The notes beneath the pieces were generated by a model that had not been told where the DNA came from, searched no databases, and was given only the letters and a program-made list of their open reading frames with translations. A program made the translations under genes and the position numbers. From positions 1-43,867 of the forward strand of contig CANRBN010000001.1 in the NCBI GenBank assembly GCA_947628865.1: 43,867 nucleotides of DNA. The letters run 5' to 3'. Below are positions 27,029 through 37,330 of this stretch, in pieces. The stretch is from an uncultured Gemmiger sp. Its GTDB lineage: Bacteria > Bacillota > Clostridia > Oscillospirales > Ruminococcaceae. The first letter of the stretch is position 1. Each line of letters begins with the position of its first letter.

Positions 27029-27223
27029 TCATAGATCAAACAGTGTTTCGATGAGCAGAAAAAGCTCGCTGATCTGGCGCACAAGCATCGTCAGCACCAC
27101 GATGAGGCCGGCAATGGTCGTCATCATCGCCTGATCCTCACGCCCGGAACGGATCAGCAGTTGGTTGAGCACCGCCACGATGATGCCGATGGCGGCGATC
27201 TTGAAAACCAGGTCGATGTCCAT
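27029..27223 (-). CDS. spoIIIAC: Stage III sporulation protein AC
   Basis: MDIDLVFKIAAIGIIVAVLNQLL..SGREDQA, 64 aa. Confidence 0.93.
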   Translation of the reverse strand: MDIDLVFKIAAIGIIVAVLNQLLIRSGREDQAMMTTIAGLIVVLTMLVRQISELFLLIETLFDL

Positions 27224-27257
27224 GCGCGTGTGCCCCTTATGCGTGTTGTTTGCGGCG

Positions 27258-27737
27258 CTAGAGCAGCACCACGGCGGCCAGTACGCCGGCGCAAAAGCCG
27301 AGCCGCGGGTAAAGGCGCCCTGCCTCGTCGGCGCGGCGGGCAAGCGACGCTTCCCGCGCGCGGCATTGCCCGATCAGCCGCCCAAGCAGCGCGCACGCGC
27401 GCTCGAGCGGGACGCCGCCCAGCGCGGCAAGGGTCTCGCGCGCCTCGCCCTGCAGGGCATCGCCCAACGCCCCCGGCACCGGCAGCGCGGCAAAGGTCCG
27501 GCAGCTTTCGAGCCTCAGGGGCGCAAAGCGCGCATCCTGCGCCGCCCGCCGCAAAAGCTCCGCGCAGGGGCAGGCCTGGTAGCGTATGCCGGCCAGCAGA
27601 TATTCGAGCAGCGCGCAAAACGCGTATGTGCTCGCGCAGGCGCGGCGTCTTGCCTGCCAGACCGCTGTGCCGGCGCCGGTGCAGGCGCCGACGAGCAGCA
27701 AGGCGCCCAGCAGGCGCACAACGGCGCGCGCGCTCAC
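27258..27737 (-). CDS. spoIIIAB: Stage III sporulation protein AB
   Basis: N-terminal TM, L...IRY...P..E, C-terminal LY..LG...G......L. Confidence 0.78.
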   Translation of the reverse strand: MSARAVVRLLGALLLVGACTGAGTAVWQARRRACASTYAFCALLEYLLAGIRYQACPCAELLRRAAQDARFAPLRLESCRTFAALPVPGALGDALQGEARETLAALGGVPLERACALLGRLIGQCRAREASLARRADEAGRLYPRLGFCAGVLAAVVLL

Positions 27738-28630
27738 AGCGTTACGGTGCGCAGAACGGTGCCGGGTCTGGCCCGCCCGTCCAAAAACGCCACAGTCCCG
27801 AAAGCGCCTGAGGCCAGCAGCCGCTTGAGGGCCGGCTTTTGCTCGAGCGCTGCCAGACCGGCGCCGCTCTCACAATGCACCGAGGCCAGGAACACCACCC
27901 CGCAGGCAAGGCCGCCCTCGACGGCGGCGGCATCCGCCTCGGTGCCGAGCTCGTCGCAGACGATGGCCTGCGGGTTCATGCAGCGCAGCGCCATGGCGAT
28001 GGCCTGTTCTTTCGGCCAGCGTGAATAGACATCCGCCGGGATGGCGCTGGCGCGGGATGCTGGCAGGCCGTCGCCGGGCAGCAGCTCGCCACGCTCGTCC
28101 ACCACGCAGAAGACGCGATCCCCCCGCCCCAGAAAGGTGATCATCGAGCGCAGAAAGGTCGTTTTGCCGCTGCCGGGCGGCCCCGCTACAAGGATGCCGC
28201 CGGAAAGCGCTGACAGGCTTTGCTGGATCTCGGTCGACAGCGGGCAGGTCAGCCAGCGCGCGACCCGCAGATCGAGCGAGGTGACGGTCGAAAAGCCCTC
28301 CGGCCCGCGCTGGCCGGCCACACCCACCCGGCAGCCGCCCGGGACGGTAAAATATCCCTGCCGAAGCTCCTGCTCATAGGCGTAGACGGAATGGCGGCAG
28401 AGCGCCGCAAAGCAGTTTTGCAGCGCGCCGGCATCCAGACGCGCGCAGGCCTCTGCCCGCGGCAGAAACTTGCGGCAGGGCGCGAGCCGACCCTTGACCG
28501 TGAACTGCACCGGCTGGCCAAGGCGCAGGCGGATCTCCTGCACGAAAGGCGCGATCTGCATGTCCAGCGCGAGCAATTCGGTCGAATACGGCTCCGGCAG
28601 GCGGCGGACAGCGGCATAATACTCGTCCAC
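27734..28630 (-). CDS. spoIIIAA: Stage III sporulation protein AA (ATPase)
   Basis: EIRLR, SVYAYE.EL.QGY.T..GG.RVG, GPPGSGKTT, VDERGE, R.M.P..I.CDELG. Confidence 0.92.
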   Translation of the reverse strand: MDEYYAAVRRLPEPYSTELLALDMQIAPFVQEIRLRLGQPVQFTVKGRLAPCRKFLPRAEACARLDAGALQNCFAALCRHSVYAYEQELRQGYFTVPGGCRVGVAGQRGPEGFSTVTSLDLRVARWLTCPLSTEIQQSLSALSGGILVAGPPGSGKTTFLRSMITFLGRGDRVFCVVDERGELLPGDGLPASRASAIPADVYSRWPKEQAIAMALRCMNPQAIVCDELGTEADAAAVEGGLACGVVFLASVHCESGAGLAALEQKPALKRLLASGAFGTVAFLDGRARPGTVLRTVTL

Positions 28631-28652
28631 AACATCTCACCTCACAGCCAAT

Positions 28653-28681
28653 ACTTATGTGAAACGCCGACCCGCTAGAAC
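28653..28681 (-). promoter_or_regulatory. Possible sigma-E-type promoter of spoIIIA
   Basis: CATAAGT -10-like element upstream of the RBS. A similar CATAGCAT lies upstream of yunB (31846-31853). Both genes are sigma-E dependent in B. subtilis. Confidence 0.4.
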
Positions 28682-28695
28682 CCGGGCACACAAAA

Positions 28696-28991
28696 GCCGC
28701 CCGCATGCCCCGAATGGGGCGCACGGGCGGCACAGACTGTCAAAAAAAGCATATTCTAAACCCATCGTCCTCGGCTGACATGTGCAGACGAGGGCGATAC
28801 CTCTAGAGCAAAAAATGCCGTTCGAGTCACCTTTAGGCATGAGAACGGCATTTTTTTGCGACGGGGTGTGTCCAAGAGAGGGGTGCAGGCGGTCTGGCGT
28901 AGCCAGCGTAGCCGAACCCCTCTTTTGCAGCGTGTCGAATTGTTCGACACGCTGGGCCGCCCGCATGCCCCGAATGGGGCGCACGGGCGGC
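28696..28991. mobile_element. MITE-like non-coding insertion (224 bp) flanked by a 36-bp direct repeat
   Basis: gccgcccgcatgccccgaatggggcgcacgggcggc occurs identically at 28696-28731 and 28956-28991. The insert ends are imperfect inverted repeats (cagactgtcaaaaaa / cagcgtgtcgaacaa, 11/15), and there are several internal hairpins. Confidence 0.7.
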
Positions 28992-29008
28992 TCAAGCGAT
29001 CTTGAGGT

Positions 29009-31084
<2,076 letters not shown>

Positions 31085-31128
31085 TTACCGCTAGTATACC
31101 ACACGCGCCGGCAAAATCACAGCGTTTT

Positions 31129-31815
31129 TTATCCGCCGGCGCCGTAATAGAGCGGTATCTCCCCGCTCACCAGAACGCTGGCCAGCGGTATGCGGCTGTC
31201 AAGGTACAAAACGCGGTTCTTGCCGTCCAGCACCATGTTGACGGTGATGTGCAGCCGCACCGCCGCCGTATAGCGCACCCGGTTGACGGCCACGCTCTCG
31301 GCGCTCTCCTCCAATTCGCTCTCGGCATAGCCCTCCGGCTGCAGGCTCAGCGGCCAGCCGGGGCCAAGGCTGTTGAGCAGAGAAAAGCCCGTCAGCGTGC
31401 CGAACGGCACATGGAGCTTTTGCGCCGGCATGGCTTTGAGCGCCGCGTTGACCGCGGTGGCAAGGCTGAGGCGCACGGCGTTCATCGCCGCCGTATCGGC
31501 GGTGACCGAGAGCACCTGCCCCGCCGCGTCGGTTTGAAGCGCATACAGCCCCGCGTAGGCGCCGGCATTTTGTCGCGCATGGCGCTGCGCGGCAGCTTCG
31601 ACCGCCTGTGCCACCGCCGCGCGGGCCTCGTATTCGGCCAATTCATCAAGGATGGGGTCAAAGCGCAGCTCAAGCAGACGGCAGAGCAGCAGGATCACCG
31701 TCAACAGCAGCGCCGCCCACTGTGTACAGCGCAGGCCGGTGTGCTTGCCGCGCCGGCGGCGACGCGTCAAACGCAGGCGCAGCGGTCTGCGCGGGCACTG
31801 GCGCCTGTAGCGCAT
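31129..31815 (-). CDS. yunB: Sporulation protein YunB
   Basis: N-terminal TM, VP.G.LTG..LL..LGP, N...Y, IPLA..LV.GEIP.YY. Confidence 0.8.
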   Translation of the reverse strand: MRYRRQCPRRPLRLRLTRRRRRGKHTGLRCTQWAALLLTVILLLCRLLELRFDPILDELAEYEARAAVAQAVEAAAQRHARQNAGAYAGLYALQTDAAGQVLSVTADTAAMNAVRLSLATAVNAALKAMPAQKLHVPFGTLTGFSLLNSLGPGWPLSLQPEGYAESELEESAESVAVNRVRYTAAVRLHITVNMVLDGKNRVLYLDSRIPLASVLVSGEIPLYYGAGG

Positions 31816-31904
31816 ACCGCATCGCCCCCTTTTCCCCGCTCCTGCATGCTATGCCTGCGGCGTGACGCGCGGCACAAAAAACAGGCCCGCTTAACACGGG
31901 CCCG

Positions 31905-31964
31905 CAGCGTGCCGAGAAACTCGACACGCGAAAGAGGGGTTCGGCTACGCTGGCTGCGCCAGAC
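31905..31964 (+). repeat. Inverted partial copy of the right end of the 28.7-29.0 kb element
   Basis: cagcgtgccgagaaactcgacacgcgaaagaggggttcggctacgctggctgcgccagac closely matches the reverse complement of 28892-28954. Confidence 0.8.
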
Positions 31965-31973
31965 GGAAAAAGG

Positions 31974-32207
31974 TCAAAACAGCTTGTCGCCCACCCACAG
32001 GCACACGCAGGCGCCGACGATGGAGACGATGGCGCGCCCGACGATGCCGCTGGCGGAAAGCCCGAACAAAGCGAACAGCGCGCCGCCGACAACGCCGCCC
32101 AGCAGGCCGAGCAGGATGTTGCGGAGCATGCCGCCCTCCTTGTTCATCAGCCTGCCGGCGATAAAGCCGCACACGCCGCCCAAGATCAAATCGAGGATAA
32201 AGCCCAT
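31974..32207 (-). CDS. GlsB/YeaQ/YmgE family stress response membrane protein
   Basis: 77 aa, Gly-rich and hydrophobic: G.IAG.LM...GG.L.NI.LG..G..VGG.LF...IVGA. Confidence 0.85.
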   Translation of the reverse strand: MGFILDLILGGVCGFIAGRLMNKEGGMLRNILLGLLGGVVGGALFALFGLSASGIVGRAIVSIVGACVCLWVGDKLF

Positions 32208-32295
32208 TTCACAGTCCCTTTCCGCCCGGTGCGGGCAACGGATTTGCGTGTTGTCTGGATGTATTTTACCATGGCCGCGGGCGTCCCGTCAAGGT

Positions 32296-33627
32296 TCAGG
32301 TGATGGGCCACGGCGCGCCGGGGATGAGGCCGTAATCGATCAGAGGCTTTTCGTTTTCCGGCGGCGTGCGGCCATGCAGCTCCTGTGCCGGCGGCGGGGC
32401 AAGCATCGCGAGCGGTGGGTGCGGCGCCCAGGGCGTTCTCTGCGCCGGCGCCGCCAGGCCCAGTCGCGCAAGCTCCCCTGCCACAAAGCCGGCGGCCAGA
32501 TGCGCGCCGAAATCGTCGGTGTGCGTATAGTCACAGGGGCGGAACCAGGGGCGTGCGGCGTCCATGCCGCGGCGCAAAAGGTGTTCCTTCATCGCCGCGT
32601 GCAGCTCGAGCACCGGAACGCCCTGCTCGCGCCCGACGGTACGCATCGCCTCGGCAAAGGGGGCCAGCATATCGTTGTACTCGGTCGGTGACGACCATGT
32701 GTTGCGCGCCAGCGGCGTGACGAGCACCGGGCTTGCGCCGGCCGCACGCAGCTCGGCGATATAGCGCAGCAGGTTCTCGCGGTAGCCGGTCTGCGGGGCC
32801 AGATGCAGGCGCTTCTGGTCGTTGTGGGCGAACTGGATGAGCACCGTATCGCCCGCGTGCAGCAGGCTCTTGAGCAGCGCATAGTGGCCCTTTGTGCGGA
32901 AGGTCTCGGTGGACAGGCCGGAATGTGAATGGTTGGAAACACAGTACGCCTCGCCCAGATAGAGCGGCAGCACCTGCCCCCAGCCGGCGTAGGTGGCGCC
33001 CGGCGCGTACGGGTACTGCGCGGGCTGGTCGGTCACGGTGGAATCGCCCATCAGGTAGAGCATCGGGCCCTGCCACGGCTCGATCCGCACGGCGGTGAGT
33101 GCCGCGCCGAGGAGCGTGATGTCGACGCTCGTGTCGTCGGCGCGGGCAAACTCGCCCTCCGCGGCGTTGCCGCCGCCGCTCGGGATGATGGGCGAGACAT
33201 CGCACAGCGCGCGGATGCGCACGCTCTGCCCCTTTGCCAGCGCGCCGCGCCAGCAAAGGCGGCGCCGGCTCAAAAACAGCAGCACCTCGCCGCAGTCCTG
33301 CAAGGCGGTGATGGTCACGCACACGCGGAACTGCCCCGGGCCGGTGTCGGCCTTGAACCAGAGCGGCAGCGCGCGCCCGTCAAGATCCGCCGCGCGCACA
33401 GCGGCGGAGGGGTGTACCGAAACGCCGTGTCCGTCGGCGGAAAGCTCGCTCAAAACGTCGTCGCCGTACCACCAGGCGGGCGCGAAAGCGTTGTTGAGCT
33501 CCGGCGTTTGCAGCGCCGGGAATGCGGCGCGCTCGCGCTCGGTCACAAAGCCCCAGCCGCCCGGCGCATAGAGCGGCACCGCATGACCGGCAAGATCATG
33601 GGAAAACGGAAGCTCCATCTCTGCCAT
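32296..33627 (-). CDS. Rhamnogalacturonan acetylesterase-like GDSL/SGNH esterase (CE12-like)
   Basis: GDSTVTDQ, GWGQ, NH..SG, IQFAHND, D.TH. Confidence 0.82.
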   Translation of the reverse strand: MAEMELPFSHDLAGHAVPLYAPGGWGFVTERERAAFPALQTPELNNAFAPAWWYGDDVLSELSADGHGVSVHPSAAVRAADLDGRALPLWFKADTGPGQFRVCVTITALQDCGEVLLFLSRRRLCWRGALAKGQSVRIRALCDVSPIIPSGGGNAAEGEFARADDTSVDITLLGAALTAVRIEPWQGPMLYLMGDSTVTDQPAQYPYAPGATYAGWGQVLPLYLGEAYCVSNHSHSGLSTETFRTKGHYALLKSLLHAGDTVLIQFAHNDQKRLHLAPQTGYRENLLRYIAELRAAGASPVLVTPLARNTWSSPTEYNDMLAPFAEAMRTVGREQGVPVLELHAAMKEHLLRRGMDAARPWFRPCDYTHTDDFGAHLAAGFVAGELARLGLAAPAQRTPWAPHPPLAMLAPPPAQELHGRTPPENEKPLIDYGLIPGAPWPIT

Positions 33628-33630
33628 CCT

Positions 33631-34167
33631 TTACGCTTCGGCGCACAGCCAGGTCACGGCGGCGGCCTCGTCCCAGGTGTGCGGCTGCTTTTGCACCGCC
33701 TTTCTGCCGACGGCGATGGCGATCTGGAACGAATACCCCGCCGGGAAGCGGAGCGCCTTGGCAAAACAGGCCTGCTTTTCGCCCAGCATGGCGTTTTTGA
33801 TGCAGCCGATGATCACGCTGCCCAGCCCCAGCCCCTCGGCGGCAAGGGCGATGTTTTCGACCGCGATGCCGGCGTCCACCGCCGTCCAGCGGAAATCCGT
33901 CTCGCCGCTCAAAATGAGAACGGTCGGCGCCTCATAATAAAAATTGTGGGCGGGCGGCGCGTCCAGCGCTTTGTTCTTTTCCGCCTCGATCTCGGCGAGG
34001 ATGGGATCTTTCCCGTCCAGCACCGTGATATGGATCTCCTGGCGGTTGGTGGCGGTCGGCGCCTGCAAGCCGGCGCGCACAAGGGCCGTGAGCTGTTCGC
34101 GCATCAACGGCTGCGCGGTATAGCCGCGCGTGGAGCTGCGGCTTTCAAGAGCGGCAAAAACGTCCAT
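33631..34167 (-). CDS. Nitroreductase family protein
   Basis: R.STR.Y, APTA.N.Q, DAGIAVENI.LAA..LGLGS.IIG. AAGGA RBS before ATG 34167. Confidence 0.88.
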   Translation of the reverse strand: MDVFAALESRSSTRGYTAQPLMREQLTALVRAGLQAPTATNRQEIHITVLDGKDPILAEIEAEKNKALDAPPAHNFYYEAPTVLILSGETDFRWTAVDAGIAVENIALAAEGLGLGSVIIGCIKNAMLGEKQACFAKALRFPAGYSFQIAIAVGRKAVQKQPHTWDEAAAVTWLCAEA

Positions 34168-34222
34168 TCTGCATCCATCCTTTCTTGAGGCAAAGGGGCG
34201 CAAAGCGCCCGGGTACAACGGT

Positions 34223-34317
34223 ATTATAGCATCGTTCCGGTTCGCCTGCAACCGGCAGGCAAAAAGCTCCGCCGTGCCGTCGCGGGACTTTACATCCGGA
34301 GGGATCTGTGGTATAAA
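34223..34317. promoter_or_regulatory. Back-to-back sigma-A promoters
   Basis: Minus strand: TTGCAG-17-TATAAT (34251-34223). Plus strand: TTTACA-17-TATAAA (34289-34317). Both have a TGn extension. Confidence 0.55.
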
Positions 34318-34347
34318 TGATACACAACATCTTGTGCTGGGGGTGCT

Positions 34348-34806
34348 TTGGTGACGGCGATATGGCATTCCATCGTGGTTTACCTGACGGCGGCCCTGCC
34401 CCTGATCGAGGGCAAGGGCGCTGTTGTGCTGGCCCGTGTGCTTGGGCTGCCGCTGCCGCTGTCCAACGTGCTGTGCATCGCCGGCTCCTACACGCCGGTG
34501 CCGTTCCTTTTGTACGGACGGCGCGACCCGAAGCTGCCGCTGCAGATCTTCGAAAAACTGCCGAAGACCGTTCGCCGCTATGTGCGGCGCTATGGCTGCT
34601 GGGCGCTGCTCGTGATGATCGCGGTGCCCTTTACCGGCCTTGGCTGCTGGCTGGGCGCGCTGTTCGCCAACACGATGCGGCTGGATAAGCGCCGCAGCGC
34701 CTTGGCCATCTTTGTCGGCAACGCGCTGGCCATCCTGCTGATGACGGGCTGCCTGTCCGGCGTGATCCTGGCGTTCAGGCACTTTTTCCTGCCGGGCGGG
34801 GCGTAA
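34348..34806 (+). CDS. Small multi-drug export-like membrane protein (COG2426-like)
   Basis: LPLIE.KGA, YG..AL...IAVP..G.G.W.GAL.A, hydrophobic. Confidence 0.72.
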   Translation: MVTAIWHSIVVYLTAALPLIEGKGAVVLARVLGLPLPLSNVLCIAGSYTPVPFLLYGRRDPKLPLQIFEKLPKTVRRYVRRYGCWALLVMIAVPFTGLGCWLGALFANTMRLDKRRSALAIFVGNALAILLMTGCLSGVILAFRHFFLPGGA

Positions 34807-34910
34807 AGCGCCGCCGCTTTTTGCAAAGGGCCTGCTCCGTGCGTGGGGCGGCTCTTTTATTTTTTGCTCTTTTTGTGTCCCATAGGCGGGACTTCCCCAT
34901 ATTTGGGGGC

Positions 34911-34964
34911 TTGCATTGGCAAAAAGCGGGTGCTATAATGGGTATAACAACCTATGGTTGTTAT
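34911..34964 (+). promoter_or_regulatory. dinB promoter with adjacent palindromic operator
   Basis: TTGCAT-17-TATAAT (TGn extended), followed by a perfect inverted repeat ataacaacc-tat-ggttgttat (34944-34964). Confidence 0.75.
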
Positions 34965-35001
34965 CCGATCCAAGCCCTCCTCTCCTGTTCCGGTGGCCGT
35001 T

Positions 35002-36261
35002 ATGGAGACCTGCATCGCCCATGTGGACGCGAACTGCTTTTATGCCAGTGTGGAAATGGCCGAGCACCCCGAGCTGCTCGGCAAGGCCATCGCTGTCTGC
35101 GGTGACCCGGCCAACCGCCACGGCATCATCCTGACCGCCAGCTACCCCGCCAAGCGCAAGGGCGTCAAGACGGCCATGGCCATCTGGGAGGCAAAGGCTC
35201 TTTGCCCGGAGCTCATCCTTGTGCGGGCCGACCTGCGCCTGTATATGCGCTACAGCCGCTATACGCGCGATATCTTTTACCGCTACACCGACCGCGTGGA
35301 GCCGTTCGGCCTGGACGAGGCGTGGCTCGGCCTGCGCGGCTGCCCCGCCTGCGGCGGCGAGCCCTTGCGCATCGTGCAGGCCATCAGCGACGCTTTCAAG
35401 CGGGAGCTTGGCATCACATGCAGCATCGGGCTCTCTTTCTCCAAGGTCTATGCCAAGCTCGGCTCCGATTACAAAAAACCCGATGCCATCACCGTGTTTG
35501 ACCGCGCCAACTACCGTGAGCGGGTCTTTCCCCTGCCGGTCTCGGATCTTTTGTATGTGGGCCGCGCCACCACCCGGAAGCTCAACGAGATGGGCATCTA
35601 CACCATCGGCGACCTGGCCACCTGTGACCCCGCGCGCCTGCAGCGCAAGCTCGGCAAGATGGGGCTGGTCGTCCACCGGTTTGCCAACGGCTATGACGAT
35701 GAGCACATCTGCCAGGTCGGCGACCGCGCGCCCGTCAAGAGCGTGGGAAACTCCTGGACGACGCCGCGTGACCTGACCGAGGACACCGACGCCTGGGTGG
35801 TGTTCATGCTGCTCTGTGAGAGCGTCGGCGCGCGGCTGCGGGAGCTCGGCTGCAAATGCCGCGGTATCGAGATCTCGGTGCGGGACGCTTCACTTTCCTG
35901 GTTTTCACGCCAGACCGTGCTGCCGATGCCCACGAACATCACCGAGGAGCTCACCGCCGCGGCGTGTGCGCTGTTCCGGTGCCACTACCATTGGAGCAAG
36001 GGCCTGCGCAGCCTGGGCGTGCGCGGCTTCGACCTTGTCTGGAGCGATGAGCCCGTCCAGCTGCGGCTGGACATCGACGCCAACCGGCAGGAGGAGCTCA
36101 TGCGTTTGGACGGTGCCATCGACGATCTGCGCCGGCGGTACGGGTTTTCCATCGTACAGCGGGCCAAGGTGTGGACGCGCCCGGAGCTGGCAAGGCTGGA
36201 CGCCAGGCATGACAACGTCGTGCATCCGCACGGCTATTTTGGGCAGATGGAGGGGCTTTGA
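35002..36261 (+). CDS. dinB: Y-family DNA polymerase (DNA polymerase IV/UmuC-like)
   Basis: H.D.NCFYASVE, ASY.AK..GVKT.M, FGLDEAW, AKLGSD.KKPD, KSVGNS.T, clamp-like QLRL. Confidence 0.92.
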   Translation: METCIAHVDANCFYASVEMAEHPELLGKAIAVCGDPANRHGIILTASYPAKRKGVKTAMAIWEAKALCPELILVRADLRLYMRYSRYTRDIFYRYTDRVEPFGLDEAWLGLRGCPACGGEPLRIVQAISDAFKRELGITCSIGLSFSKVYAKLGSDYKKPDAITVFDRANYRERVFPLPVSDLLYVGRATTRKLNEMGIYTIGDLATCDPARLQRKLGKMGLVVHRFANGYDDEHICQVGDRAPVKSVGNSWTTPRDLTEDTDAWVVFMLLCESVGARLRELGCKCRGIEISVRDASLSWFSRQTVLPMPTNITEELTAAACALFRCHYHWSKGLRSLGVRGFDLVWSDEPVQLRLDIDANRQEELMRLDGAIDDLRRRYGFSIVQRAKVWTRPELARLDARHDNVVHPHGYFGQMEGL

Positions 36262-36554
36262 GCATGAAACGGCGCAAGCTGTATGTAGCGGTGGAAAGCT
36301 ATACCGACGCCGCCGGCGTCGAGACGCCGCGCATCATCCACTGGCCGAACGGCGAGCAGTACCCGGTCACGGCGGTGCTGCGCACCGTCAACCGGCAGCA
36401 CGCAAAGGTCGGCGGCACCGGCACCTGCTACACCTGCGCCTTTGCGCAGGGCGGCATCGGCAATGTTTACCATGAGGTGCTCGAGGATGATGCCAGCAGC
36501 GTCATCGGGGCAAGATGGTTCGTGGAGGAAAAGATCGAGGCGGAACACGCCTGA
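36258..36554 (+). CDS. Small hypothetical protein coupled to dinB
   Basis: Overlaps or abuts the dinB stop (start 36258 or 36264). Beta-rich pattern V.V....D..G...P....W..G..Y....V...K.GG.G..YTC...WFVE. Confidence 0.75.
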   Translation: MSMKRRKLYVAVESYTDAAGVETPRIIHWPNGEQYPVTAVLRTVNRQHAKVGGTGTCYTCAFAQGGIGNVYHEVLEDDASSVIGARWFVEEKIEAEHA

Positions 36555-36572
36555 AGACGGGAGGCGGCAGCG

Positions 36573-37160
36573 ATGTGCGGAAGATACCAGTTCAGCGTGC
36601 AGGCCTGCCCGGCGCTTGCGGGCATCGCGCGCCGCGCAGGGCAGAGCCCGCAGGGCGGGCCGCCGACCGGCGATATCTGCCCGACGCAGACCGCCCCGGT
36701 GCTGACGGCGCGCGGCGGACAGATCGCGGTCGAGATGCAAAAATGGGGCATGCGGCGGTACGGCAAGACCATCATCAACGCCCGCGCCGAGACGGTGGCC
36801 ACAAAGCCGATGTTCCGGCGCGATATCCTCGCGCGGCGCTGTGCCGTGCCGGCCTCGGCCTACTATGAATGGGACGCCGGCAGGCACAAGTACCGCTTTA
36901 CAAGGCCCGGGCAGGCGCTGTATCTGGCCGGTATCTATGACGTACAGGACGACGGGCGGCACTTTGTCGTGCTGACCACGGCGCCCAATCCAAGCGTACA
37001 CGGCATACACGACCGCATGCCGCTGATCCTGCGGCGCGAGGATGTGCGCCCCTGGCTGACCGACAGCGCCGCCGCGCTCAAGCTGCTGGCGGATGCCCCG
37101 CCGCTGCTCGAAAGAACTGCCGAGGATGGGCAGCTGAGCTTTGGAGATCTCATGGACTGA
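36573..37160 (+). CDS. SOS response-associated peptidase (SRAP/YedK/HMCES family)
   Basis: N-terminal MCGRY, INARAET, RC.VPA..YYEW, IHDRMPLIL. Confidence 0.93.
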   Translation: MCGRYQFSVQACPALAGIARRAGQSPQGGPPTGDICPTQTAPVLTARGGQIAVEMQKWGMRRYGKTIINARAETVATKPMFRRDILARRCAVPASAYYEWDAGRHKYRFTRPGQALYLAGIYDVQDDGRHFVVLTTAPNPSVHGIHDRMPLILRREDVRPWLTDSAAALKLLADAPPLLERTAEDGQLSFGDLMD

Positions 37161-37222
37161 ACGCGCCCAAAAGCGTTCGCAAAAGTATGTCGACAGCCTG
37201 CGCCGGCAGCTTGCCGCCGCCG

Positions 37223-37257
37223 AAAAAAAAGCAGGCTGCCAATGAGCAGCCCGCTTT
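37223..37257 (-). terminator. Terminator between the convergent SRAP and cpsD genes
   Basis: A8-gcaggctgc-caatga-gcagcccgcttt stem with a U-tract on the minus strand. Confidence 0.65.
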
Positions 37258-37330
37258 GGACGGTATTCAAGCATTTTTGGCCGAGCTGGATGAAGAGTGA
37301 CCGCGGTGTGAGCGCCGCGGCGGCGCCGGT

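Noticed and set aside
28696-28991. 36-bp repeats as a CRISPR array
   Set aside because: Only two copies, separated by 224 bp, and no cas genes. A target-site duplication fits better.
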